From Macrostomum lignano (taxonomy: Eukaryota): a DNA stretch of 64,000 bases. Below, one piece after another: positions 36,201 through 47,987 of this stretch. The stretch lies in the NCBI GenBank assembly GCA_002269645.1, contig NIVC01000765.1, positions 63,331 through 127,330 of the forward strand, in the 5' to 3' direction. The position numbers and the translations under genes are program-made. Position 1 is the first letter of the stretch; each line of letters opens with the position of its first letter. The notes under the pieces were generated by a model that worked only from the letters and a program-made list of their open reading frames with translations, searched no databases and had not been told where the DNA came from.

Positions 36201-36680
36201 CAGCAAGAGACAGGGGCGCCCACCAACAGACAGGGGCGCCCACCAAGAGACAGGGGCGCCCACCAAGAGACAGGGGCGCCCAGCAAGAGACAGGGGCGCC
36301 CACCAAGAGACAGGGGCGCCCACCAAGAGACAGGGGCGCCCACCAAAGAGACAGGGAGCGCCCACCAAGAGACAGGGGCGCCCACCAAGAGACAGGGGCG
36401 CCCACCAAGAGACAGGGGTGCCCACCAAGAGACAGGGGCGCCCACCAAGAGACAGGGGCGCCCACCAAGAGACAGGGGCGCCCACCAAGAGACAGGGGCG
36501 CCCAGCAAGAGACAGGGGCGCCCAGCAAGAGACAGGGGCGCCCACCAAGAGACAGGGGCGCCCAGCAAGAGACAGGGGCGCCCACCAAGAGACAGGGGTG
36601 CCCACCAAGAGACAGGGGCGCCCACCAAGAGACAGGGGCGCCCACCAAGAGACAGGGGCGCCGACCACGAAAAGACAGGG
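33238..36680. repeat. 3.4-kb 20-bp GC-rich minisatellite (GGGCGCCCACCAAGAGACAG)
   Basis: Direct inspection. Confidence 0.98.
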
Positions 36681-37386
36681 GCGCTCCTGTCTCATGTTTG
36701 GCAGCAACTTTTCCCTCCGTTCTGTGTTTTGTTTTTAATTTCTAAAAGAATATTCTTCAAATTAAAAGCCGTCTCTAAAATGGATCTTTCGCATTTTTTA
36801 ATGCGCAGCAGCAGAAAAAATTGCAACGCAAATCGAAATTTGACCCAGGAAAGAATTGTGTCCGTTTTGAATGCGGTTTGTGTTTTCTGTCTGTCTGCCT
36901 GCTTACCTTTGCCTAGCGGGAGAGGCCGGGACAATCAAGTCGACTTGTGTGTGTGGGGGGGGGGGTCCCCACGCGACCGCCTGCCTTCGACTTCCAAGTG
37001 GTTGACAACCGAACTTCCTAGTTCCACGGCTCGAATAGTTTTGTCCCCCGGTTTCCAAGCGGGGGGTGTTTCTGCACGAGTCCCTGTGCTGGTTTATTCG
37101 CAATCGAATAGCTCGAAGTTTCGAGGTAGGAAACTGGAAGAGTTTTCTGTCATCTCTGTCACCGAACGAATGCCAGTGCGGCCACACGGCTTTTATTTTT
37201 CTCGTACGCATTTTTCCCTAAAGCATTCGTGGGCGTAAAATTCGTTCTGATTTTTATGAAGCTCCCCGACCTCTGATGGGGTCTGGCATGCAGCTCCATC
37301 CAAAGCAGGTGAAGGGGCAAGGGGGTCGTTGCCCCCTCCCCAGAGTGTCCCTGCTGCCGGTGCCCTGTCAAAGGAAATGGCGTATC

Positions 37387-38001
<615 letters not shown>

Positions 38002-38835
38002 TAAGTGATTGTCGATTTCGAGTTTTTTAGCTATTACAAGACACTACTTTTCAGTTGAGCATCTGTTGCGAGTTTTTTGCTAAAATTTGCGCCAAACAAA
38101 AAACTTCACAGCCAAGCCGGTCGTGTCTGAGCCTGCAAATTCGTTGGTTTGTTGCAAATCCTGATTAAATGCTCAAATGAATTTAAGAGCGTATGAGCAG
38201 AGCTGCATGTGCATGAGTAGGCTTAACCATTTGGAAGTAACCATTCGGCCATACCAAAACGGCCCAAAAACCCAGAGATTGAAAAATGTCAATGGCATCA
38301 AAAAGCATCTCCCGATCACTACAGCAAGTGCCCAGTATGGCCTGATGTGCAGGTCATGACTGATTTAAGGAAGTCCATTGCGCATTTCCATTACGTTTTC
38401 ACTCAAATGTTAAAGGTGAAATAAAGGTGTGGGAATTCAACGTGTCTCATGCCAGATCCTGAAGCATGACGCATGGCTGCAGCAGAATACTGTCTTCTTA
38501 GCTGGAACGTCAGGTTTCAAAGAGAAACTTTTCATCTCGGCCTGCAGACAGTCCAGCAGGCAATTTCGTGGGTAGGAAGGTTTGAACAGGAGCTAGCAGA
38601 AAAACTTTGTGGTATACTTTACTTCTGGGCTTTTAGGCTGAGCACACGATTCAGCAAAAAAGACAAATTTGTCTTTGGGTTGCTTTGCAGGCCTTTGGGT
38701 TTTTAAGCGATCTGACGGAATCAAGCTTGGGCGCGAATAGTTTTTCATCATTCAGTTTTTCATATTTTGACTAATCTAATTTTTACACCATTTGGCGTAA
38801 CTCCAGTCTTCTTTAAGATACATCCCAATGAGATA

Positions 38836-39290
38836 GTCACTGTGACAGACACTGTGACAGACACTGTGACAGACACTGTGACAGACACTGAGGCAGACAC
38901 TGAGGCAGACACTGAGACAGACACTGAGGCAGACACTGAGACAGACACTGAGGCAGACACTGAGACAGACACTGAGGCAGACACTGAGACAGACACTGAG
39001 GCAGACACTGAGACAGACACTGAGGCAGACACTGAGACAGACACTGAGGCAGACACTGAGACAGACACTGAGACAGACACTGTGACAGACACTGTGACAG
39101 ACACTGAGGCAGACACTGAGACAGACACTGAGACAGACACTGAGGCAGACACTGAGACAGACACTGAGGCAGACACTGAGACAGACACTGAGGCAGACAC
39201 TGTGACAGACACTGAGGCAGACACTAGGACAGACACTATGACAGACACTGAGGCAGACACTGAGATACACACTGAGGCAGACACTATGGC
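38836..39290. repeat. 12-bp minisatellite (GACAGACACTGA / GGCAGACACTGA)
   Basis: Direct inspection. Confidence 0.95.
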
Positions 39291-39663
39291 AGGTAAGCCA
39301 TTGGCCCTATTTTAGTGTCTGCCTGTCCGCATCTTAACATTTTCACACTGAGAGCTGAATGCATGTGCAAATAAATTCTTTATCAGTGAGCCAAGCAGCA
39401 GTGCTGTGAAGAATTCGTGCATTTTATGGAAGCAGATAAAATTTGCATGTATCTATACATCAGCAGAGTTGCTTCTGAAGCCAGGGGACTCTTCAAGGCT
39501 CCAAGTGACTCTTCAATGAGACTGCCGGGGTTCTGCTGTGGTGAGCAGCAGAGCTGCAAATAATTGTTCAAAATTGTAGTTGGCACTCAAATCAGCAATA
39601 AATTCCTAATGTGTCTACTGGACTTTCAATACTAATAATAATATAATATTGGTTATACCTGCC

Positions 39664-39892
39664 ACCGACAGCTCAGCCGCAGCTATTGCGCGGCGCATCT
39701 GAAGGCTGCGTACGGCTGTCCAGTCCAAGGACTGGGGGGTCGCCACACACAGCCTCAATCACCCCAGCTAATGCTGGCACCCATTTTACAGCTGAGTGAA
39801 CTGAAGCAATGCAGAGTTAAGTGTCTTGCTCAAGGACACAAATTGTTCCAGTGGGATCGAGAATCGAACCCCTAACCACTAGGCTACAACCC
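39664..39892 (-). mobile_element. tRNA-derived SINE with CORE-like domain, copy 2
   Basis: Highly similar to 29024-29329, with a deletion between the A and B boxes. Confidence 0.7.
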
Positions 39893-40110
39893 ACACTTAC
39901 GGTGGACTGACTTTCCTGCATTTCCAATCGTCAGACATGTACTGTCTCTGTGCCTTGGAGGTTGGCCCTCAAGGCGTCATGGTTTTAAACATAGGCAGCT
40001 GAAGTGGAAGGAAGCTAAACTCGACTTTCTTAGAAATGAGCTGAAGCCCTGCGGGGAACGTATGTTTTCAATGGCCGGCTTTGCCTTAAACGAAGTTGGT
40101 ATAAAATAAT

Positions 40111-41448
40111 CCTCTCTAATTCGTACGCTCAATTTTACTAAGTGGAATCCATTAGCAATCAATTTTAAAGCTAAAAATTCAAAAAATTTAAATCCCCTCT
40201 GAGTCCTCTCCCCTCATCCGCTTGAGCCGCTCATTGTTGCTAGGCAATGAGCCAGGTAAATAGAATTTCACTCCCCAGTGTTTTAAGGCATCGCAGCGGA
40301 TTGCAGAGCCTCCCAGAACATCATCACACGAAGTAAAAGCTGCGGACTCAAAGCCAACTGCTACCAACGGCACAATGCTCTCTCTGCTCATCATCTGGAT
40401 TGTCATGGCAGCGGCTGCCACGGCTGAGAAGTCCTGCTGGAGTCTCCAGCGAGGCGACCTCGCCGAGTACCGGGTGCTGGCGGTGAAGCTGGCGGTCAAC
40501 GACATTCACTGCGTGACTTCTGCTGAGAACGCGGAAGCCGTCCGCTTCGACGCGGCCTTGGGCTCCTGCTCGCTGCTGGCGTGCGATCGGGGAGCGATGG
40601 ACGCCTGCAGGAAGTGCCGGCACGCCAGCGACTCCAGCCTGCCTCAGCTGTGGGTGAGTGAGCTGGGCTTTGCTTTGCGGCTTCTGCACTTTGCAGAAAG
40701 CAGAGCATCAATATGCGTGCACGAAATGCAGCACCGCATCAATATGCGTGCACGAAATGCAGCACCGCATCAATATGCGTGCACGAAATGCAGCACCGCA
40801 TCAATATGCGTGCACGAAATGCAGCACCGCATCAATATGCGTGCACAAAATGCAGCACCGCATCGCCCATTGCAGATGAGGAAGCCGGTGAAGTGCTGGA
40901 CGACCTTCCAGCACAGAGTCGACGGCTCCATCAGCTTCAACCGGAACTGGGCGGACTACGCGAGCGGATTCGGTCAGGGCGAGAGTCTCAACTACTGGAT
41001 GGGACTGGAGCAGCTCCACCAGCTCACCGCCACTGGAGTGTGGAGAGTCCGCTGGGAGTTCAGCGACTGGAACGGCACCTGGTACTGGGCTGAGAATGCT
41101 CCGTTCTCTGTTGGTCCAGCGAGCGACAAGTACAGGTGCTCGATGGGACCTCTGGACGCGAGCAGGTCGAGTGTCGGACAGCGGACTGAAGCGAACTTCT
41201 CGCCGAACAACTGGCAGTTCAGCACTCCGGACTCCGACAACGACAACTGGAGCGGTGGCAGCTGCGCACAGGAAAGGCAGGCTGGGTGGTGGTACGGCTG
41301 GTGTGCATTCATTGACCCGAACGCAGTCTACAAAGAGTACCCCAACACACAGGGGCTTTACTATTACCTTAAAGGCTCGGCTAGCAATCTGATCATTCTT
41401 TACTCGATGAAGACTTTTGAGTGTCTGATTTTTAATTGAGTTGCTTAG
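40111..41448 (+). repeat. Segmental duplication unit A (FReD gene)
   Basis: Near-identical to 49817-51090. Confidence 0.92.
40375..41439 (+). CDS. Secreted fibrinogen-related protein (signal peptide + Cys-rich PAN-like segment + FReD), copy 1
   Basis: Hydrophobic N-terminus MLSLLIIWIVMAAAATA. FReD motifs WTTFQHRVDGSISFNRNWADYASGFG, YWMGLEQLHQLT, FSTPDSDND, GWWYGWC. Probable phase-0 intron 40654-40875 (GTGAGT...TTGCAG) gives 280 aa; the unspliced frame is also open (354 aa). Confidence 0.9.
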   Translation: MLSLLIIWIVMAAAATAEKSCWSLQRGDLAEYRVLAVKLAVNDIHCVTSAENAEAVRFDAALGSCSLLACDRGAMDACRKCRHASDSSLPQLWVSELGFALRLLHFAESRASICVHEMQHRINMRARNAAPHQYACTKCSTASICVHEMQHRINMRAQNAAPHRPLQMRKPVKCWTTFQHRVDGSISFNRNWADYASGFGQGESLNYWMGLEQLHQLTATGVWRVRWEFSDWNGTWYWAENAPFSVGPASDKYRCSMGPLDASRSSVGQRTEANFSPNNWQFSTPDSDNDNWSGGSCAQERQAGWWYGWCAFIDPNAVYKEYPNTQGLYYYLKGSASNLIILYSMKTFECLIFN

Positions 41449-41770
41449 AATTACATTTCAAGGTTTGTAATATTGCGTCATTTTTTACCAGCCATACGAA
41501 CTTTTAGCGTCACACTCTAAGTTTTTAGCAGTGTGCACAGCATGAAAATTGGCTGTTTTTCCCTTATAGTCATCGTGCAGTTTCTCTGAAACAACAGAGA
41601 ACGCTCTATTGTGTAACGTGTAATTACCTAAGCTTTTTTCGTAGAGCCGTTCCAATGCGGAGAATTTTAACCCAATGCAGTACTTTTTGTGCTATCGTAA
41701 GTAATACAGAAAAATACCCTTCCCCGATTCTTAAAATCACATTTATTCGCAAGCAGCAATCAAATGCTAC

Positions 41771-44280
41771 TTTGACTTACTTGACTTAGCTGCAGGGGGG
41801 CTCCGTGCATCCGGATGCAGCGAGGAGGCGTTGCTGCCCATTTCGCTAACCCCTGGTGACCACGGGCAGCTGTTGCTGCGGTGGCGCGCAGGGAGATCCG
41901 GTGGTGACGGTTTCCGCAGCGCGGTCCCCCTTTGGGGAGTCCAGGAGTTGTAATGTCGCTCGCCCGGTAGTTCTTGGTAGCGGACGAGCTGGTAGAGATG
42001 ATTCTCGGGCCTGAAAATGTGGGAGAGGTCCGGGTTTGGGCCGAGGTAGGTGAGCCTTTCCTGAGTAAAGGCGGGGCATTCACAGATGAAATGCTCCGTA
42101 TTCTAGACAGCGGAGAGGCAGAATGGACATTCCTCGCTGAGGATTTTTCCCTGGAGGTGACGATGCCTGGCAAAACAGCCATGACTCGAGAGGCCATGGT
42201 CACCGCCCTGATGTCCTTGCGGTTGAGTCCAAGCAGGGCCTTGCGCAGGGCGGAGGAAGGACAGGGGACAGCCCATCTCTCCTTGTGCTTTGAGGCCTGC
42301 ATCCACTGGTTGATCCGATTGGTGACAACGGCGCTGGGGGGGGGACCACGGGCAGGGGACCACTAAAAGAACCGGTCGAGCCAGCCTTGGCCAGGCGATC
42401 GGCCAATTCGTTGCCGGGGTGGCCCGGGGATCCACCTTAGGGATCACCTTGTTGTAGTGTACTTCAGTGCGATGCACAATATTAGTCACGCGTTGCAATG
42501 TATTACGTAAGACGCATGCGCACGCAAGAACTTCGATCTGGAAGACGGTGGAGCAGGTGTCGGTGCGCTGGGAGAAGGTCGCCACGGTTCTCCCTCCAGA
42601 CACGATGCAGTAGCCGTAGCCAGAGGCGGAGTTGATTCGGGATCCGTCAGTGAAGCAGTGGATTTCACAGTTGTCCCTCGCTTCATGACGTGGTGGAATG
42701 CTGGTTTTGAATTTGAGCGGAGGGCAGAGCGTGGATGGGATTCCGTCCGAGAGGGTCAGCAGGCCTCCCGCTGCTTCCAGCTCTCGCAGGCTGAGGTCGC
42801 CGTGCGGGCGGAGGCTCCGCTTTCTGAAAGCGAACTGCTTCTTGATTAGGACACCCGCGTCAAGCAGACGGCGGGTGGTCTTCATTGCCTCGCCTCTGAC
42901 AAAGGGGTCAAGGGGGGCTGTCTAGGGAGTTCATGCCAGCAAAGGGCGTAGAGGGAGTCGCGCTCATGATAGCTCGACAAGCGCATCGTGCACCCTGTTA
43001 AGAGCCTCAAGAAACCCTTTCACCTCTAGGGCACTGTTCCAGATGAAGCCGGCGAATGAGATGGCTAACAATGGCTAACAATGGCAGTGTAAATCCACCA
43101 GAGGCGGCGGGGGTGAGCCCCCAGGTAGCGCCGAAAGCTCTGCAGATCTGCGCGAGAGTCGCGAGAGCTTTGCGGGCTTTGGTTTGGGTGTATGGAGTCC
43201 AGCTCAACCTGTGGTCGAGGGTGACGCCAAGACATCTGGTTTGTTTCTCCATGGCAACGGGTTTGGAATTGAGGGAAGCGGTTCGATCCTCCAGTTTCGG
43301 CGGCTGGTGAACATGATAGCCACGGAAGAGGCAACCGCACCAGGAGCTTCGGCGGCACCTGACGCTTCCGAAGTTCTGACCGGCGCGCGGGGTCCGCTCC
43401 CTTGTCGGATGTCGGCTCCTCCGCGGGATTCGCAGAGTTACCGGCACCCTCCTCAGAGGCAGCAGAAGAGGCGGCTTTCGCACTCCTCCGTTCCTCCGCT
43501 TTGCGCTGGAGAAAGGCTTTGTAGCGAGCAATGCTACGGGCCTTCTTTTTAGAGGTCTGAGGTCCGCTGTCCTGTTGTTTAGCCACTTCGGCAGTGTCCT
43601 GAGTGGCGGCAGGGGCTGACTGGGAGTCATCGGAGGTTCCGGTGTTTCGAATGTCCTGCTGGGCCGCGGTACCAACCTCGGTTGGCGCTCCAGCAGCTTT
43701 GAATACTCCATGAGTCGCTGAAAGGCGGATGGGGACTAGAGGTGAGAAGCTGCTGGGCCGTAACCCCAAACCCAACAGCCAGCCAAAAGATAGCGACCGG
43801 GGAGTGGCTTAAGCCCTTACCGGCCCGACCGCTAGCAACCGAGAAACTCCCCGGCTAAGAGCCCGGCTTGGAAAAACCAGAGGCCGAATCAAAGGACCAT
43901 CAGCGCGGTACTACACTGGGCCCTTGAGGGAAGCAGGAGGACTGCCTCCGGAGCCTGCGGACTGGCCGCATACCCTGTTAAGGTCAGAGGGTGGTACCTG
44001 TTCCTCAGAGCCGTGGCCAGAGGTACCTGAGACGCACAGGTGCACTAAGGAGCGGAGCCCGTACCCAAAGCGGCCAAGCCAAGGCCACGGATGGGCTGCC
44101 GCCGCCGGAGCTCAGTCAATCCAGCAGCCCTAGAACTGCCTTGAACACATGCGGGAGGTCAACCCCTGGGTCGGCTTGTGAGTCAGCTTGGAGAGAGTTC
44201 TCCTGCCATTCCTGCACCAGAATAGAGGGGGTGCAGGTGTATAGGATCGCAGACCTTAGCTCGTAGGCCTGGTCTGACTC
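41771..44280 (-). mobile_element. Degenerate, internally deleted non-LTR retrotransposon related to the 16.2-18.4 kb element
   Basis: Frameshifted RT C-terminus (CLGVTLDHRLSW) and RNase H (CFTDGS, LADRLAK), with an ORF1-like basic/Ala-rich segment fused at about 43325. Same 3' terminus CTGCAGCTAAGTCAAGTAAGTCAA. Candidate 7-bp TSD ATGCTAC at 41764-41770 and 44281-44287. Confidence 0.8.
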
Positions 44281-45230
44281 ATGCTACACCAGGCATTTGC
44301 AAGACCGTTTCGTTCTAGCACTTACCTGCCTTACAGAATTATTATACGGCACAAATGGTCGGCCAGAACAAGAATTAGATAGGCATCTAAACAAAAAAGA
44401 ACCGATTTCAATGTTTTTATGTTTTATTTTACAATAAAGAAAGACAAGAAGTTAACGTTAGTCCAAGTCCAAGGACAACGTAATTCCTTAGGAACGGTGA
44501 ACTCTAGAATCATGGTGAAAAAAGTATGAGGCTCGTTTAAAGGCATTGTTCAACTGCCAAGCCTTAAAAACCAGGAAAAGCCGAATAGCCACTTGGAAAG
44601 ATGTCGTAACTTGCCCCTTGAAACCATTTCTGTAGATTCACTGACTGGTGTTCTTGGTTCTGTAACGATGTCAACACCGGCTACTTCCTTCTTGAAAGTG
44701 ATGTATCCTATAAAAGCACCAGAATCTTTTGTTGAGCGTTATAATTATGCATTACTGATTGGAATGAATATATCCAAAGCATGCCTTACCTGCAATATAT
44801 AATAAATAGAAGCCTTTTCGGTCATGGATACATGTAGGTGCTTGATAGATTGCGGAATAGCATTCATTAAATGTTGAAAGCTCTTCTAGGCATCTGTGTA
44901 TCGCAGTAAACCTTAGTGTGACGTCCACTCATTTGGCGGTAAACACTGAACTCAGCTTCGAGCGGATCACTCTCTGAAGTTCAGCGATTAGAATGCACGC
45001 GCTGCTCCGGACCCAGCTAGCCGCCGTTCACACAGTTCCACAATGGCTCGAAGGGTATCACGTAAATTCGAAATGAGAGTCAAAACTTGCCGTCAAAATA
45101 TTCGGACAACGAAACTCGCCATGCCTCGCGCTCTTTCAGATCATTCGGAATGAATAAACCGTCGTCTTCTCATGACTGCTATTGTAGTTTGAGCAGAAAT
45201 TAAATAGGCTTTCTAGACATTGAATATTCC

Positions 45231-45985
45231 TTTTTGCGGCCTAGTTGGTACTGCAAGCTTTCAATTTAATCGGAAATCAGACGGAAATCAGACTTGCGAG
45301 ACTGACAATGTTCTGTCTATGGTCGACACGCGCTGGCATAGCGGAGTTCAATTTAATCCTAGGGCATCAATTTGATAATTCTATGCATTCAATGCACATT
45401 TTTACTGTCATCGTAACTTACTTTTAACTAGCTTGTTTTAATGAGTAATCCGGATGAGATGCTTGAATAGGGTGGCAGTGAGTGGAGTTTTGAAACTGCA
45501 AATAACGACATCGACCAGGCAAATTACGACATCGACTAGCCAGCCACCCCAAGTACACCGCGGTCAGTAAAACAAGATTAGCGATGAGAAGTACGGTCTG
45601 ATTGCAACCGCTTAAGAGTGCGGCGATAGTCCGATGAAGTTTATTCGAGCGAAGTTTATGTTGAGGTTTATTCCAGCCTGCATCGCCGGACAGTCAGTCA
45701 TCTAAACAATTTTTCGACTCGACGACATCCAGTGCTGAAGTGTTCATTTGTTTATTGTGTAGTTCTGTTTCCAGTTTTTCACAACGATAAGTAAACGACT
45801 TGTGTTCTAGCACAGGATATCTAAAGTTATATGATTAGAATGATCAAATTGATGCCCCAGGATTAAATTGAACTCCGCTATGCCAGCGCGTGTCGACCAT
45901 AGACAGAACATTGTCAGTCTCGCAAGTCTGATTTCCGTATCTATGATTAAATTGAAAGCTTGCAGTACCAACTAGGCCGCAAAAA
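45231..45985. mobile_element. Foldback/MITE-like element with ~145-bp inverted repeats
   Basis: 45231-45376 is the near-perfect reverse complement of 45843-45985 (TTTTTGCGGCCTAGTTGGTACTGCAAGC...). No TSD identified. Confidence 0.75.
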
Positions 45986-46115
45986 TATTTTCTGTCAAGG
46001 CCTCTTTATCCGCTTCTCCAGCACTCACGTGCTACATTCGCGTGTAGCCGTATCTGCAGTTAGGCTTGGCCATAGACCAATGCTTTCAAACGAGCCCCAT
46101 ACTCTTTTCACCACC

Positions 46116-47302
46116 CAAGGACAACTTGATAACTCAGGACCGGAAACGAGCCAATTCATGGCGAAAAAAGTATGAGGCTCGTTTAAAAGCATTGTTCTAT
46201 GGCCCATCCGTATGCGCATGCTTTCAGTTGCCAATGTATACTCGTATCATATTTGACTTTTTGATAGGCAGTCAGAAAGCGGGTGCACGGTCGGTTTTCT
46301 TAAATGTTGAATAGTTTTATTACATAAAGTAAACGTCGTGAAAATACACAATGGGAAAGCTGTACATGCAGCACATGTATAAGGAAACTCGAGAAAAATT
46401 TACGATTCTTTCTTCATCTGAACTACAAATAGAGAGGAAAATAACAATCTCAGAACGGGACAAGAGCTGACTATGATAAATAGTGAACATCTGCTTCAGG
46501 GAAGTAAAACTCGCCAACGGCAGCAAACAATTTCCGCACTCGCAAAGCACATGACGGTGATCGCAGCGAAATGAAGCATCCGAAACAGAGGCAAGCAAAG
46601 CCTCAGCAATCGTTATTTCCATCCAAGTTCAATATCCAATACCTGCACTGCAATATCCAAGCACGCATCTGAGTGTTTCGTTTCGACCCTATTTGATGGA
46701 GTGCAAATACGCTCGAATATTTGAATTAAAGCAGTAGAACTTCACAAACCTTGTGTTTGAACGAGGCAGGACTGCGGGACTCCGTCGAAAACTGATGGTG
46801 GATGTAGCGGCCTTTCATTTCTTCCCTTTTTTATCATTGGTGCATCTTGAGGCCAGTGCTTAGCACACACGCCCATGTAGTCTGTCACGGTCTAAACAAC
46901 AACAAAATTGTTAATGAATTCATGTGGCCAGGCTAAATCTGATTCACAAAGCACATTTGAAGAAAGTCTTACCGTCAGTTGATTAGGCAGAGACAGTCGC
47001 CAAGCCTCTCGTTCAGTTGCATCCTTAGGAAACAAAAATACTGCAACATTCCGATCACGGTTACGATTGTAGTTTGCACAACCATAGACAACGCTGCATT
47101 TTCTCGGCATGATATTTAGTTTCAGCGAGAATAAAAGTTCTCTCTCTCAATTGCAAGTGCATGCGAAGAACTCAATTTTAGCTCAGCTTTCTTCGCTTTC
47201 GTAGCTTTGGATGGGCCATAGAACAATGCTTTTAAACGAGCCTCATACTTTTTTCGCCATGAATTGGCTCGTTTCCGGTCCTGAGTTATCAAGTTGTCCT
47301 TG
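46116..47302 (-). mobile_element. Young non-autonomous P-superfamily element (1187 bp)
   Basis: 94-bp TIRs (46116-46209 and 47209-47302) starting CAAGG. 8-bp TSD TCACCACC at 46108-46115 and 47303-47310. THAP coding sequence inside. Confidence 0.9.
46742..47110 (-). CDS. THAP (C2CH zinc finger) domain protein, transposon-derived, spliced
   Basis: Exon 47110-46973 (MPRKCSVVYGC...FPKD...W) plus an 81-nt GT-AG intron and an exon from 46891 (TVTDYMGVCAKHWP...HPPSVF). All four C/C/C/H ligands are present. 95 aa if the possible donor at ~46750 is not used. Confidence 0.7.
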
Positions 47303-47334
47303 TCACCACCATAATTTTCGAGTTTACCGTCCAG

Positions 47335-47985
47335 GGGGGTCTTTCTCGAAAGCGACTTACGGTGTGCCATAGACGTAAGTTAGGGAGGAAGCACTTATGG
47401 TTTGCTCGAAAGGCTCGCAACTTGACACGAGGTACGATCAATCGCAACTTTACGAGCTCGTAACTTTACGCAAAAGACAGTTTCTCGAAAAGAGAGTAAG
47501 TCTATGGTCCTACTTAATATCGATCGTAAATCTGCGCCTGGTCGAGACCAAGCGTAAGTAGACATGAGCCCCCAACTTCATTCTCATCAGAGACTGGCGC
47601 AAGTTTAACTTTCCTAGTTTTAACCAAGGCTTTTTCTTTTTTACGAGTCACATAAAAAAGCTCTAAGAAGAATTTGACGAAGTCTTTGTCAAGTCTCAAT
47701 CTTTTCCGCAAAAAATAAAACAGGTGCCCAATTCCTACTACTGTTAGGGGAAAATATAAAGCAAGAAATCCATAATACTAAAAATAGCATTTTAGATTCG
47801 ATTTTTGCCTTCTCTCCCATAGACAAAATTTTATCGACCCAACTAGACTTACGAATTGCGTAAGTCACGCAAAGTCTAAGCGAGTTTTAAGAAACTGTCT
47901 TAGTATTGATCTTACGCAGAGCGTAAAGTTCTAACTTAAGATCGAACTTTCCATAGAACTTACGCAAATTTCGAGAAAGACCCCC
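47335..47985. mobile_element. MITE with 17-bp TIRs (PIF/Harbinger-like)
   Basis: GGGGGTCTTTCTCGAAA / TTTCGAGAAAGACCCCC, with CAG on both flanks and repeated subterminal ACTTACG/CGTAAG motifs. Confidence 0.7.
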
Positions 47986-47987
47986 CA

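Larger units (their letters stand above)
44470..47334 (-). mobile_element. Old, degenerate P-superfamily DNA transposon (host of nested insertions)
   Basis: Left TIR starts CAAGGACAAC at 44470. The diverged right TIR lies at ~46064-46115 plus 47303-47334. Decayed THAP start at 45220 (MSRK..FPND.KEREAWRVSL-like) and transposase motif LQSDPLEAEFSVYRQMSG at ~44925-44980, both on the minus strand. Confidence 0.75.

Noticed and set aside
33171-37238. Multiple 770-1190 aa ORFs on both strands
   Set aside because: They are pure 20-bp repeat translations open in many frames, with no domain or splice evidence.
43890-43910. Hammerhead ribozyme core in the LINE 5' region
   Set aside because: It reads CTGATGG rather than CTGANGA, and no suitably placed GAAA was found.
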